Origin: Tubiluchus corallicola
Taxonomy: Eukaryota; Animalia; Priapulida
DNA length: 64,000 nt
NCBI GenBank assembly: GCA_030141605.1
Contig: JAQGDQ010000069.1
Coordinates: 377,126-441,125, forward strand
Direction of reading: 5' to 3'
The notes beneath the pieces were generated by a model that saw only the letters and a list, made by a program, of their open reading frames with translations, searched no databases and was not told where the DNA came from. Positions 14,953-27,646 of the stretch are shown here, piece by piece. Position 1 is the first letter of the stretch, and the number at the start of each line of letters is the position of its first letter. The translations under genes and the position numbers were made by a program.

Positions 14953-16959
14953 TGTAACTCTTGTCAATAACTGGGTCCATGTTCAGGCCCACAAGTAGGC
15001 CTACATGAAAAGAAGAGTTCCACGCAATCAACATCCCTGGTAGCACTGATATAGTGTGCAACCTTCAAACTACAGAAGGCATTGCAACTGCAATACAATA
15101 ATATCATAATTACGTATACTGCATGCGTATAATTTAACCACATTCACAATACCGCACTGTGCCAGCCTCCTGCACACCTTAAAATCCCAAAATAAGGACG
15201 CAGCGGGATCTCTGCGTAATGGTCACATGACTTGGCCATTTCGCGCGTGACCTTACCTGGCAGGGGGATATTTTGGAGTTGTTTGGAACCAATGTTGAAA
15301 ACCTCCCAGGGTCGTATTTCAGGATAATTAAACGCCGTAAATTACGCATATTTTCACGTTATTAACCCTTGCTCCTGGAGACCGCAGGGAAAGAGACACA
15401 GGAGGCAGCAATTAACTCACTGAATGCAGGTGCAATCTCGGGTGAGGTTGAACAGGTGCGGCGCGTCATAGAGCACCCGTCGTGGTGCAATAGAGAATAC
15501 CCGGTGTCCGGTTACAATGAGTAGAAAAGTCAGTAAGTTTTATGTGTCTAGTCAGCGGTAGTAGATATAATATATATGACATAATATGCCTATTTTTTTG
15601 GCAAACGAGGAGAGGAACTAACCTGGCAACTCTCCTATCTTGTTTTATATTTTTATTGTATAAATTTCCCTTGCAAATAGAGGTACCTATATATGCACCT
15701 GAGAATATTATTAGAAAGCACCTCTGGTGTGCGGATATAAGATGCGAGTCCACAATGTAGTAAGAAAAACACTAGAGAAAAACATACACACAACAGTTAC
15801 ACTTCAAGTTGTCTTGTTACTATATATGTATATATATATATAATCAATTAACAGATTTAATAAATAAATAAATATCTGCTAGGTTTGGTTGGCCATATTA
15901 AACTTACGAGAGAAGGTGCAGTAGTTCACGGCAGTAGTTCTGAATTAATTTCTTTATCCCACTTAACACTTAGCGAAGCTGCGAAATGTGTGGCAATTGT
16001 ACGGAGATAATGGACACCAAATTAATAGTCTACTACCTTCAGCAGTTTCAGTAACATGAAAAATCACAGAATAATTACTTTGGCTATAGTCTAAAATATG
16101 GCTAACACAAGACTACTTACTCGACTACTGTAAACGGAATTCCTCCCCAAACTTTCAAAACTTTAATGTCTGGAATTCGATAATCTTCTCCTTCGGCGAT
16201 TGACTGGCTTCCGCACTTATTAGCTAGCTCTATGATCTTCAAGCAACTCACATTTGTCGATTAGCTTTTTCTTTTAATTCATTTTCCGTTTCTTTCTTGA
16301 TTTGTCTCTCTCCTCTTTGTCCACTTACGACTTTCATCGATCATTCTGCCACGTTGTTTAGCCTCAACTTACCTGTCCCACAAGAGCTGTGTTGCGATTT
16401 CCAGCATGCATTCTTCTAGCTAGTCTGTTCATCTGTCTATCTACTCGCACATCATTTCGCTAGAATGTGAATACACGCGGCCTTGGAAAGATTGCCACTT
16501 CATAGAGACGATCTTTTTTACAAATTCTATAGAAAGTTTACACGCATCTTATATGTTGCACAAACGCTTAATAATAATGGACTCTAATTACCTGGTCATT
16601 TTGAACATATCTGCTCATAAGATGAAGAGAAAATTACTTTGATGCTTCTCCTCGGCGTCAGACATTTAACCATTGTGGTAATCATGATTGCAGTGTTGGG
16701 CTGAAGAATGATGTTAGGTCTTTATGTTTCAAATCACTATAGATCAAATCTGAGCAATTCTTCAATGATATTAGGATGGGTGTGACTCCTGCGGCTGCTG
16801 TTGGGGTTGTCGCAACATGTCGATGTTGTGGCTGTAAGTGTTGCTGTTGTTGTTGCCACTGTCATTGTTACACATGCTGTTTACCAATTATTTTCCATGA
16901 AATAGCTTTTTCGCAGCCATTAGAAATTTGTTCTTGATCCAGCATTGCTATTTTCCATT

Positions 16960-17295
16960 TTCTTTCTGTTCTCTCGCTTTAAGCTTCTTCTCTTTTTTTC
17001 TCTTTCATTTTCTTTCCTTCTCCTCTCTTCTCTTCTCTTCTACCCTCTTCTCTTCTCTTCTCTTCTCTTCTCTTCTCGTCTCTTTTCTTCCCTTCTCTTC
17101 TCTTCTCTTCTCTTCTTTTCTCTTCTCTTCTCTTTTCTTCTCTTTTGTTCTCTTCTCTTTTCTTCTCTTCTCTTCTGTTCTCTTCTTTTCTCTTCTTTCC
17201 TATTGGTTTTCGTAATATATTTTCTTTTCCTCCTGCTCCTTTCTTCCCATTCGCTTCTTTTTCTTTCCTTTTTCTATCATTTTTTCTTTTTCGTT
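16960..17295. repeat. (CTCTT)n polypyrimidine microsatellite
   Basis: Direct inspection; explains the Ser/Leu/Phe ORFs. Confidence 0.95.
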
Positions 17296-18415
17296 CGTTT
17301 TATACAGTTGACCCCTCATTCAAGTCTAAGGCGAAAATTTTCCATCACTCGGCTACGTGTCGGTGACTAAGTGCTAACATACCAGAGCTTTTATTTTGCC
17401 GATAACCGGCAAACGGTAGCACAAATGTTACTCATACCTCATGCTTATTCAAATTATCTGCTATCAAAATGCTAATAAGTAGACACTGTATCAGTACTAG
17501 AAGTCACTGCTCCCGTGTGAAAAATTAGGAATCGAGAATGGCATTTAACTTCATAAATTTATGGACCTGTTACATATCAAACTGCCGATTACGAATTCAT
17601 AATGAATCATTGAATTTTAATGTCGTCAAATACAGGTCTACGCATGGAAAATGTCTTTTTACAAGCAAATGTAGCTGTTTTTATAGAAACATATGCAAAA
17701 GGGGGAGGTATGGAGCAATCGTTATTTTCCTAATCACTTGACCATCAAGAACAGTAGATTATTCTATCAGTAGGTCAACCTTATCAATTATACGTTCATC
17801 AAAACAACATTACTTATTGTTATAAACAAAAAGCTCAATAACAAGAAATATGTTGCCCAATCTACCTGCGTAGGTTAAGAAAAATTTCAAGAGACTAACA
17901 AAAATGCTTTTGTTTCCGTAGCATTCACGTACGCCTGCGAGGCTAAATTTGCTGCCTGTTAAAGACGGCTTACAGTTGTTTAATTACAGGTGTACGTTGG
18001 TGTTTTTATTCTACTTCCGAGTATAATGTAGGAAGTCGCACTTCACTTTACAAAACATGATCTCATTACCGAGTCTTTAGATGAAGTGTTTACTGATTTA
18101 CTTCCGGTGTTCTGTACTTTCTGAAAAGGGGGGTGGTATTGAAAACTTCAAAGATTATAAATGCTATTGTGTTTTTGCTAAGACCAAAATTTCAAATTCG
18201 AACTTCCCAGGTTTTAGTGATTTAGCTGAAACTAATTTTCACGATAATGAAATGACAAAAAGTGGCGTGCTTGCAAGACATTGCTCAATTGGTTAACAAA
18301 ATTAATGTTGTCGTTTATTCTGCTGATGTTACTTAGTAACCAATACTTGCGCATTTTTTGGTTGTTTGCCAGATTTTATACTTTGTAACTAGTAACTGCT
18401 GCCACTCTGGTTGTA

Positions 18416-19112
<697 letters not shown>

Positions 19113-20584
19113 CAAGTAAAACGAAAAGTATGGTAACATATTTTAAATTATTTTATTGATCTTAAATACGTACCATGTACTGAGTATCCTAATGACGTGT
19201 AACGTCAGTAACGCAAAAGATTAACGTTTCTAACAACAGATACTTAGACAGCTTAATGTAGCTAAACGTAAATACTTAAAGCGACCGACCCCTTTAACTG
19301 CTGTTCGTAATTATTTCGGCTCAGTCAAATTGACCATACTGGCCCGGTACCGGTTTAATTGAAGTCTTCTCCAATTAGACCACTGGTCAGTACAATGGTT
19401 GAAATATCCCTTGGCCTGGATGTGGACAGATAGTGACAGTAAATCACGTTTAGAATGAGTTGAGCACCGTGTCATTTGAGTAAATGAGACTATTATAGAG
19501 ACTTAGGCGATTGTTCACAAAGATTCGACAGCTTTCCGTCTGGCCCGCGGACATTTCGACGCGGATTCGCATTTGTTCCGGAACGCGAGCATTCATTCGC
19601 CGCGAGTCGTTTGAAGTCTTTGAAAACCTTACTGGTACAGACGTGCTATAATTTTTAAATTCGGGCCAGCTTCTGTAATTTTGTATTTCTTATAGATAGC
19701 CGGTTTGTTCAATTGGAAAAGAAACCAACGCTGTTTACATGGTTATAATCTCTTTAGAGCTACATATTCTAGTGTTACCATGTTTCCTGAAACCGAGTTT
19801 TCAATGCTACCAGTTTTTAAATTGAATTAGCTACTGACGTGTAATTTTAGAAATAAATATAAACAGCAGGTCATCTGTCTGCACCATACGTCTGTAAATG
19901 TTGCTATACGTCGTGAACTTCATGCAAACTAGGGCGCAATCGTGTGCTAAAATACATAGTGTAATAATTACATAGTGCAATTATTACTAAAAAGGCAAAA
20001 AACCAAAGGCGTAATTGTTAGCTTAAAGACTGAACATCAGAGGTAAACCCCCAGCTTTATTGGTTTTCTGCAACCAAGCCAAAACTTGGATGGATTGAAT
20101 GGTAATATTAAACTGTGAGCCTCTTAGCTAAAAAGTTCAAACTAAAAAATTGCATGCCATTTTAGAAAATTAGACCCTATTTGCCTATATTAGAAGAAAA
20201 AGGTACATGGCGAGTAACAAATTTACAATTATCACATCGTTGACTAGGCCTAATATTGGGAAATCATTCGAAATAAGTATTATTGTGAATTTTGATGCTA
20301 AAATTAATGATAATAGAACTTCATCGATCATGATGCGCCTTAAGAAATTAGGCCTGATACTGCCTAATTATGCTCTTAGCTATTATCTCTCTAGTTGTGA
20401 AAAGATGTGGCATTTGAAAAATTTCCAGTCTTAGGATGATTGGGGAAAGAAGTGAAAATTACCCGTGAAATAGCATCTGTGGCATGAGCTCATCATAACT
20501 TAATGTGACCTGCGACCCCCAACAGGGCTTGTGACAATAGGAACGTGTTTTGTCTGTCATGCAATAATTCCAGCACAAAAAAGA

Positions 20585-20632
20585 CGCTTCGCGTGACGTC
20601 ACGACGCGGTGAATGGCGGTTCCGTCCGGCTG
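20585..20632. promoter_or_regulatory. CpG-rich promoter-like element with a CRE palindrome and a YY1-like motif
   Basis: CGTGACGTCACG (20592-20603) is a perfect 12-bp palindrome containing TGACGTCA; AATGGCGG at 20612-20619; locally CpG-rich in an AT-rich background. Confidence 0.4.
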
Positions 20633-23600
20633 AAAGAAACTCTTTGTTGCGTCTCAGGCATGATCAAGAATCTGCAAACAGCAGAGTGAGATTAACTCTG
20701 CATTTGTAATCGGAAAATTGCAGATATTAGGCGGTATTACGACTGAGTTCTTGGCGTTTGGACTGCATTCCAAGACGCGAGACAATATCTATTATTAACG
20801 TTTTTTCCGCACGCTCAACTCGTTATATAGACAGTCCACTGACACCATTTTACATTGTTACTGGTGGGAAAGTCTTTTTCCCTGCTTTCCTTGACTGCCT
20901 CACTTGTCAGTTGCTTCTTTTTGTTGTTTTTTTGAGAGTGCTACGTCGTTTTTCTTTTCCATCTGCTTCTTTTTCACGTTTTTTTTACTTTTTTCATTTT
21001 TCTCTTCTCTTTCTTTCTCTCCTCTCCTATTCTCAGCTATAGTACTAGGATAAATTTTCTCCCTTCAGTCTAAAAAATATTAGAAGAATGTTCTATAAAA
21101 ATGAAAAATGACAAAAGTGGTAAGCCTAAATACAATTATACTAACAATGTTAGAATTCTCGTTTCTTAAAATACCAGAATAACGTACGTATTGCTCAAAG
21201 CCATTAAAGCGGTACAGTCGTGGTGGCCAGTGGGCCTTTGTTTTCTTCCGAAAGTCAGCTGAGTTATGGCTAAAAAGTTGGCAATAAGTGCATTATTGCA
21301 TTAACCGTAAGTGGCGCCATCAATTGACGTGAAACAGAAATCATTTAATGACTGATAAGTGTCACTGTTACGGTGTATCGCTTACTCTTACAGTTACAAA
21401 TTGGCGTAGTCCAATTATTTCTATAATAATAATAATTCATAGTCTGCTTATTTAAATTAGTTATCTGAAAATTTACCTGGTACACTCCTATGTTTACGAC
21501 ACTCTTTTTTTAAACGCGAGAACCGCGACGTAGCAAACAGAACTTTTTAGTTTCTAGATCTCTTCAGAAATACATATACATCGCCTCAAATGTCCATTGT
21601 ATTTCTCGCCAACAGTTCTTCTACTATATTTGTGAACTTGCTCATTTTAATTAGCATAATAAGTCCAACACTTAATAACTCCCATAATACATTAAAATAA
21701 TAAAAGAAACAGACAGTGTCTTTCAATTTTGTGTTGTGCGATTTTGTCCATTTCTTTTTCTTCATGTTCAGTCGTCTTCAACAGAATAAGATCAAGGCTG
21801 TTCTTAACCTAGTTCACTCTAATGTCCACTCCATTCTGCGATACATGTAATTCTTCGCAATAATTTTATCCACACTCCAACGATAAAAATGAATTAAAGC
21901 AATCAAGAGAATAGAAAGTTGTTGTGGCAAGGTCAATTTTGGGCCCTTGCTCCTTGAAGACCCGGCTCAACCGTGAAAATTTCCTCAATTATTGACATCA
22001 ATGGAAATCTTTATGCGTGTACACAGGCTACAAGTTCTTAAAAATTTGTAACTTTGCTGTAATTTTGTCACTTGTAGCGGCCGACACTAGGCGTCCCCAA
22101 AAGCGCACGAGCACCAATGTGTCGTCCAGGCTGAATTTTTCTTTTAGGCCCTGATTATAATACCAGCACCTAAGCTTAATTTAATAATTGTGATGACCTA
22201 CGGATTAATGGACTACCATTACATGACGTTTTCTCACTACTGTTATGTTTGACAGCCCGTTTGTACCGTGCCCGCTCACATGACATTCGCAATTTCTTGC
22301 AACTTCGCGTCAACAGCCATATCTTAGTTAACTAGCTGAATTCCTGAATCACGACTGATCTTTTCACATCTGTAACACATTCTGGCTATTTGTATTGGTT
22401 TCAATGTGCTGCAGGGTTCATTCATAATTTGTGACTCAAGTTCAATTAAGTCAACGGTTATGTCAAGTTCATTCCTAAAGGGCGGATATATTACAAGTCG
22501 GCGTTAGAGAAGCCAGGCAGTAGTTACAGCAATATTTTCTGAAAAGTTAATATGTCGCTTTTATCACAATTTATAGTAAAGGTTGGAATAAGAACGAAGA
22601 TTATAATTTTTTATGTAGTATGTTAATTTGACACGCATTTATGTGGTAATAAACTTTTATTGGGGTGGGATTGGGAAGCCCTGTTTATTTCTAAGGGCAA
22701 TTTTTACACATGTCAAGTTTACACATTTGCTTACAAGCTGCTGGTTAACTACTGTCTAATGAGCCGGAATGGCCCTCCTTCCACACACATGCACACACAC
22801 GTTCACCGCTATTCCGATGAAGGGGCGAATCTGCAGTCATGTTGTAACATTATTAATGATTCTACTTTTCTAATTCATTATTAGGTGACAGCGCTTAAAA
22901 TTTCTTTAATTACAACTTCACAACACTTATAAATAAGATGATGATGGAAAATCGTTTGTTTTCTATGATTTTAGAACGTATGTTTTGTCAAACTATCGTC
23001 GTCCATTGCTCGATACGTTCATTATAACAATTGGCAATACTAAAGTACAGCAGTTAAGAAGTAGGCGGTCTTTATTATTAGGAAATAATATTTATGATTT
23101 AAATCATTATTTGGCGGTGTGCCGCCACCACATTTAACTTTGCAGAACTTGATGGTCGTTAACATGTAATAATGATCGTTTTCATGCATTTCAGTGTTTT
23201 GTTTAGTTTCAACGTCATAATCTTTTTATAGTTTGACTACGGATCTTTGAATTTCATTACGTCTACTCCTCCTGACACCCCTTTTCGGAAACACGCGTGT
23301 AGACTAGCCACTTCGTTTTAGCACACATGCGGCGACCATGTGCCACGGGCGAGGAAGCCAGAGGACAAAGAGAAGATATTTTTCCCAGGGTCGAGCTCTG
23401 TGTCAGATTTACGGATGGTGCTAAGGGTGATAGATGGTTGCTCAGTTCAGAGGGGGAATGAGAAAGAGATTTTTGCTTGTTTCAGTTATCGTTCGATGTT
23501 ATAAATAAATAAAAAAACACAAAGGCGAACAATTACTGTTATAAATTTACTAGCAATTTACTAAATCTTTCTAGCAATTCAATCGCATAAATGCATGAAA

Positions 23601-25180
23601 ACAATTTTAAATTAAAAAAAGCCTCTATTAGGACGCGAGCTCAAGGTATTCTGCTTTTGGGGCAGCTATGCTAGCGTTTGTATCACAGAGATATTGTGAC
23701 TTTGCAAACTCAGAAAGCTACACTCTTAGCTACTAGAGGTCTATCAATGGAAAATCATAGCAAACGGGGCAACGTGTGAGAGAGAGGGTGAGGAGAAATC
23801 CAATAATTTGTTTGATGTGACGTATGAAAATCTTTACCAATTGCACCTGCTTAGATCTGCTAATTCCACACTATTACCCCTGATACCTAGATTTGCTGAC
23901 CTTGCTAACTAATTATTATTAACAAGCTTAACAATAATCTGCATGGCCTATTGTGCACATTTATTTTGTTCTTTTTAGAAGACCTATGTAAATCTATGAC
24001 GTATATAGTTTAATTACATAAATTTATACCAACCTGATTGGCAGATTATGAAATAATTTATTGTAAATCTTTTATGTAAAGTATTAAATTTTGTTATGAT
24101 CAGTTTAAGCTCATAAATCTGTTTTTAAGAGAGTCTTTTGTTAAAATAACGCGCATTGAAATAAACCTATTAAGTGTTATAATAACCTTACTCAGTATTG
24201 ATGAGTACTCAGCTTTCAGTAATTAGCAATGTTGTGGTCAGGGAAAAAAGACAGGAATTTTCAGATTTCAGCACAATTTGTTAAGGATTTCTGCTATTGC
24301 TGAATACGTTAGTTAATTGTCACGTGTTTTGAAGTTAGAAGGACCACCAAATCGTACGTATTTGGCAAGTTAATCTGCAGAATTAGTCAGTTAATATGTT
24401 TTATTTTGTTCCATTAATATGACATCAGATTTGGATCTGGTAAAGGATATCTTGCAATTTCTAAAGTTTTACTTAACTCTAATAATAATTGTTATTACAT
24501 AAGTAATTTACATTTATTATAATATTACAATAGACTTTATCATTTGCATGCATGTAGCCTAAACTTAAAGTGATGATAATATATTTTAAATAAATTAATC
24601 ATGTTTTGCTACTTTGAAACGAAGATTATAAAGAGAACAAAGGCAAAGTGTGAAGCCTGAAGGTAAAAAATTGTAAAAAGGAAACGAACTATAGAAGCTT
24701 AGGAAAAGTGTATTTTTATTGGGAAAGGGTTTGCTAGAGTCGCCATAAATAGCATGAAATTTTGAAGTTAATTGAATGTTTGTGATAAGTGCACGATTCG
24801 AAATTAGACTATGAATTGTACTTTTGGATGTGCAGTTTAAGAAGCAGAGCATTTGAACACGGTTTACGTTTTTGTCAGTTGTAACAATGTCACCCATTTA
24901 CTACGAGTAAAAACTGTTTGTAAATTATTTTTAGGTTCTAACAACTCCAACTTGTTGTAGTGTGCTTTATCATCTATATAAAGTGATTTCTCAACAATGT
25001 ACGTGCAAATGGCAGTTGATTTTTATTTCAGGCCATGTAGAATCCAGAAACGGTTTTTCTGAGTGTTTTCTTCACAACTAACTAGCCATTTGTAGCTGAC
25101 TGTATACCATTTATATTCTTGTGCTTAATGTGGCCAACCATGGATGATTATCTTTGCTTTTAAATAAGCATTAGTTTGTG

Positions 25181-26071
25181 ATGAATGAGTTCTTTGTCGA
25201 TGCAATCGTATCAAAAGAACAAAACTGTGATGACAAAGAAGAATATTATTTGGGTATAAAATATGGAAAGATACAAATAACAATGAAGTGTCAGCATTGC
25301 CATGAGGATACAGTGACCACAACTCGAACTGTTATCAAGAGGCCAATTTATGGACCTGGTTACCGTAGTAACAGTGAGACTGATGTACGCTATGATTCCT
25401 TGCTTGACTTACGTTGTGACAACTGCTGGCGCACTGTGGCCCTTCGTTTATGTGACACTTGGTGGGAAATAAACAATTTGTTAAAAACCAGGGATGATTC
25501 CCGTACTGGATGGAAGCTTGTAGAGTCGTTTACAGAACGTGTGGCACTATACGTTCTAAATTGTATCATTCAAAAACAGTTAGAGCTGTGTCGACATGTT
25601 ACATTTTTGACTGTTAAAGAGGATGAAATTGCCAAGCTTTTATGGGTAGATCACGAGGCAGTTGGTTTCTACACTATAAAACCGAAAGGGTCTCCCTACA
25701 TGCTATACGAATGTTATTACATGCCAGTTGTTGATCTGATTTTCATTCGTCAGAAAGCTCGTAGGCGTGGTCACGCTATGAGGCTCATCGATGATTTGTT
25801 GTTAATGTTTCCTGGGGAAGATGTTGGGTTTAGCGATCCAATATCGGATGAGATGTACATGGTCCTGGAGAAATATCTCAAGAAAAATCCTGAGTTCAAA
25901 GACAAACTTTGGGAGTGTCGTCATTTCGGAGGTGAAGGCTTGCGCAGAAACATTTGGCTTCATCTCAAGTGTCGTTCTGTGGAGAAAACAGAGGCTTCTA
26001 AGAAACGCAAGCTGTTGGATGAGTCAGACGACGAAGGTGCATCACCTGCAAACACCTGTACTACTGGATGA
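25181..26071 (+). CDS. FAM169: FAM169-family (SLAP75/FAM169A/B-like) GNAT-fold protein, 296 aa, single coding exon
   Basis: ATG at 25181. The motifs AKLLWVDHEAVGFYTIKPKGS, YYMPVVDLIFIRQKARRRGHA, FPGEDVGFSDPISDEMYMVLEKYL and LWEC...R.NIW match the conserved FAM169 core. C-terminal KKRK resembles an NLS; AATAAA signals lie downstream (e.g. ~26333). Confidence 0.85.
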   Translation: MNEFFVDAIVSKEQNCDDKEEYYLGIKYGKIQITMKCQHCHEDTVTTTRTVIKRPIYGPGYRSNSETDVRYDSLLDLRCDNCWRTVALRLCDTWWEINNLLKTRDDSRTGWKLVESFTERVALYVLNCIIQKQLELCRHVTFLTVKEDEIAKLLWVDHEAVGFYTIKPKGSPYMLYECYYMPVVDLIFIRQKARRRGHAMRLIDDLLLMFPGEDVGFSDPISDEMYMVLEKYLKKNPEFKDKLWECRHFGGEGLRRNIWLHLKCRSVEKTEASKKRKLLDESDDEGASPANTCTTG

Positions 26072-26709
26072 AAATAAGTGTTTGTTCAACTTTAGTGATA
26101 TCATTGGTGCTAACATGTTGAGATATAGTTAGTAACTTTTGCAATTTTTATGTGGAATGTTGAGGCTGAAATTTTCATTATGCTACAATTTACACGTAAC
26201 TAATATATTTTACAGATAAAATTTTATAAGTTTATTTAACATTTTTAGCATAGGCTCAAGCATGCCCTAGTCAAATGTGTAAACTTATCTATATATAATG
26301 CAGGTTCTGCATATGTTTATCAGTGTTACATTAATAAAAAAATATTATATATTTCTAGATCTGTAGACTTGTTGGAAGTATTTAATCAATTTTATAAAAT
26401 AAATTTTTATAAACTTTTATAAGCCTGGTTTTCTTAATATGCACGTTACAGCTTACTAGGTGGAGTTACTTTCATTTTCTGAATTTTAAATACACTATCA
26501 TGCAGCTAAAGACTGGGTAACACATTTTGCTTTTGTATGTTTTCCTGATTTAGATTTTGTTTTAGTTTATTTTAAATGAACATTGTATCTTTTTTTACAA
26601 ATAAAAACTGACGAAAGAAAAGCCACTGCATTTAGAAAATACATTAAGTTTTATGTTCAAGGTATTTACAAACTTACATGAAGAAAGTGGCATTCTTAAA
26701 CTATGTATT

Positions 26710-26751
26710 TGTGTGTGTGTGTGTGTGTGTGCGCGCGCGCGTGCGTGTGTG
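26710..26751. repeat. (GT)n(GC)n microsatellite
   Basis: Direct inspection. Confidence 0.85.
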
Positions 26752-27646
26752 CAGTAACAGTAATGATTTGAAACAACACTTCGGAGGCATCACTATAGTG
26801 AGACTCAGCATTTAAGGCAGATGGTTAGTGTGAAATGATAAACAATTAGGTAGAAAATTGTAAATATTGTCAACGTATGGCTTTTCAGCCCTGAATGAAG
26901 TAGTAAGCAATTATTATGGCAGACAAATAATAAGTGTTAGGATTACTTTCTAAGCTTGTGTAGATTCTAATTAAGGTCCTTGGTGTTGTTTTTATGATGA
27001 TAAAATTCTTGGTTGTCTCTGTGTCACATTTTTTGCAACAGTTTCTGTGCAGCCACATCTAGTTAGTTTAGTTTCCCATAGGTGTTGTAACCTCTCAATA
27101 TTTGTGACCAGTTGAGGAGCTTCTTGAAGACTGTTTGAGTCTACTGCGAAATATTCCATTTCCTGGACTGAGTAATTATTAACTAGTGTCTGGAGGTATG
27201 ATTGGCATCAGTTTTCTTTTAGAAATTAATTATTCAGTAATTAGTAAATTGAACTATTTAAATTACGAACTTTTTTATAAATTTCACCAAGCACTCGAAG
27301 ACAGGTCCTACCTATTCATGATATTTGTATGAAAACTGGAGCATGCTTTATTATCAAGGACATTGCTGTAAGTCTAATATGAGTCACTGAACCAGAAGAG
27401 GTATCTTAGCCACGTTTGGATGTATATAAATCCTCATTCTACCAAGTAAACACTAGAATCAGTGTGGTGGAGGAAACCAGAGCGAGTTTCAAACCAAGTA
27501 GTTAGAAGTTCCATAGTCAAATAAGGTAATAAGGTACTTTTAGCCAAACAATTTTGAAATTTGGTATTGGATATTGTAATCCATAAATATTATGATTTGC
27601 CAGTGTGTGTAATTTAATTCGTATTATTTACTTGTTTGTAGGTTAT

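Noticed and set aside
26060-26077. FAM169 TGA stop read as selenocysteine (…CTTG-U-K*)
   Set aside because: No SECIS-like element was recognised in the 3' UTR and the family is not known to include selenoproteins; SECISearch would settle it.
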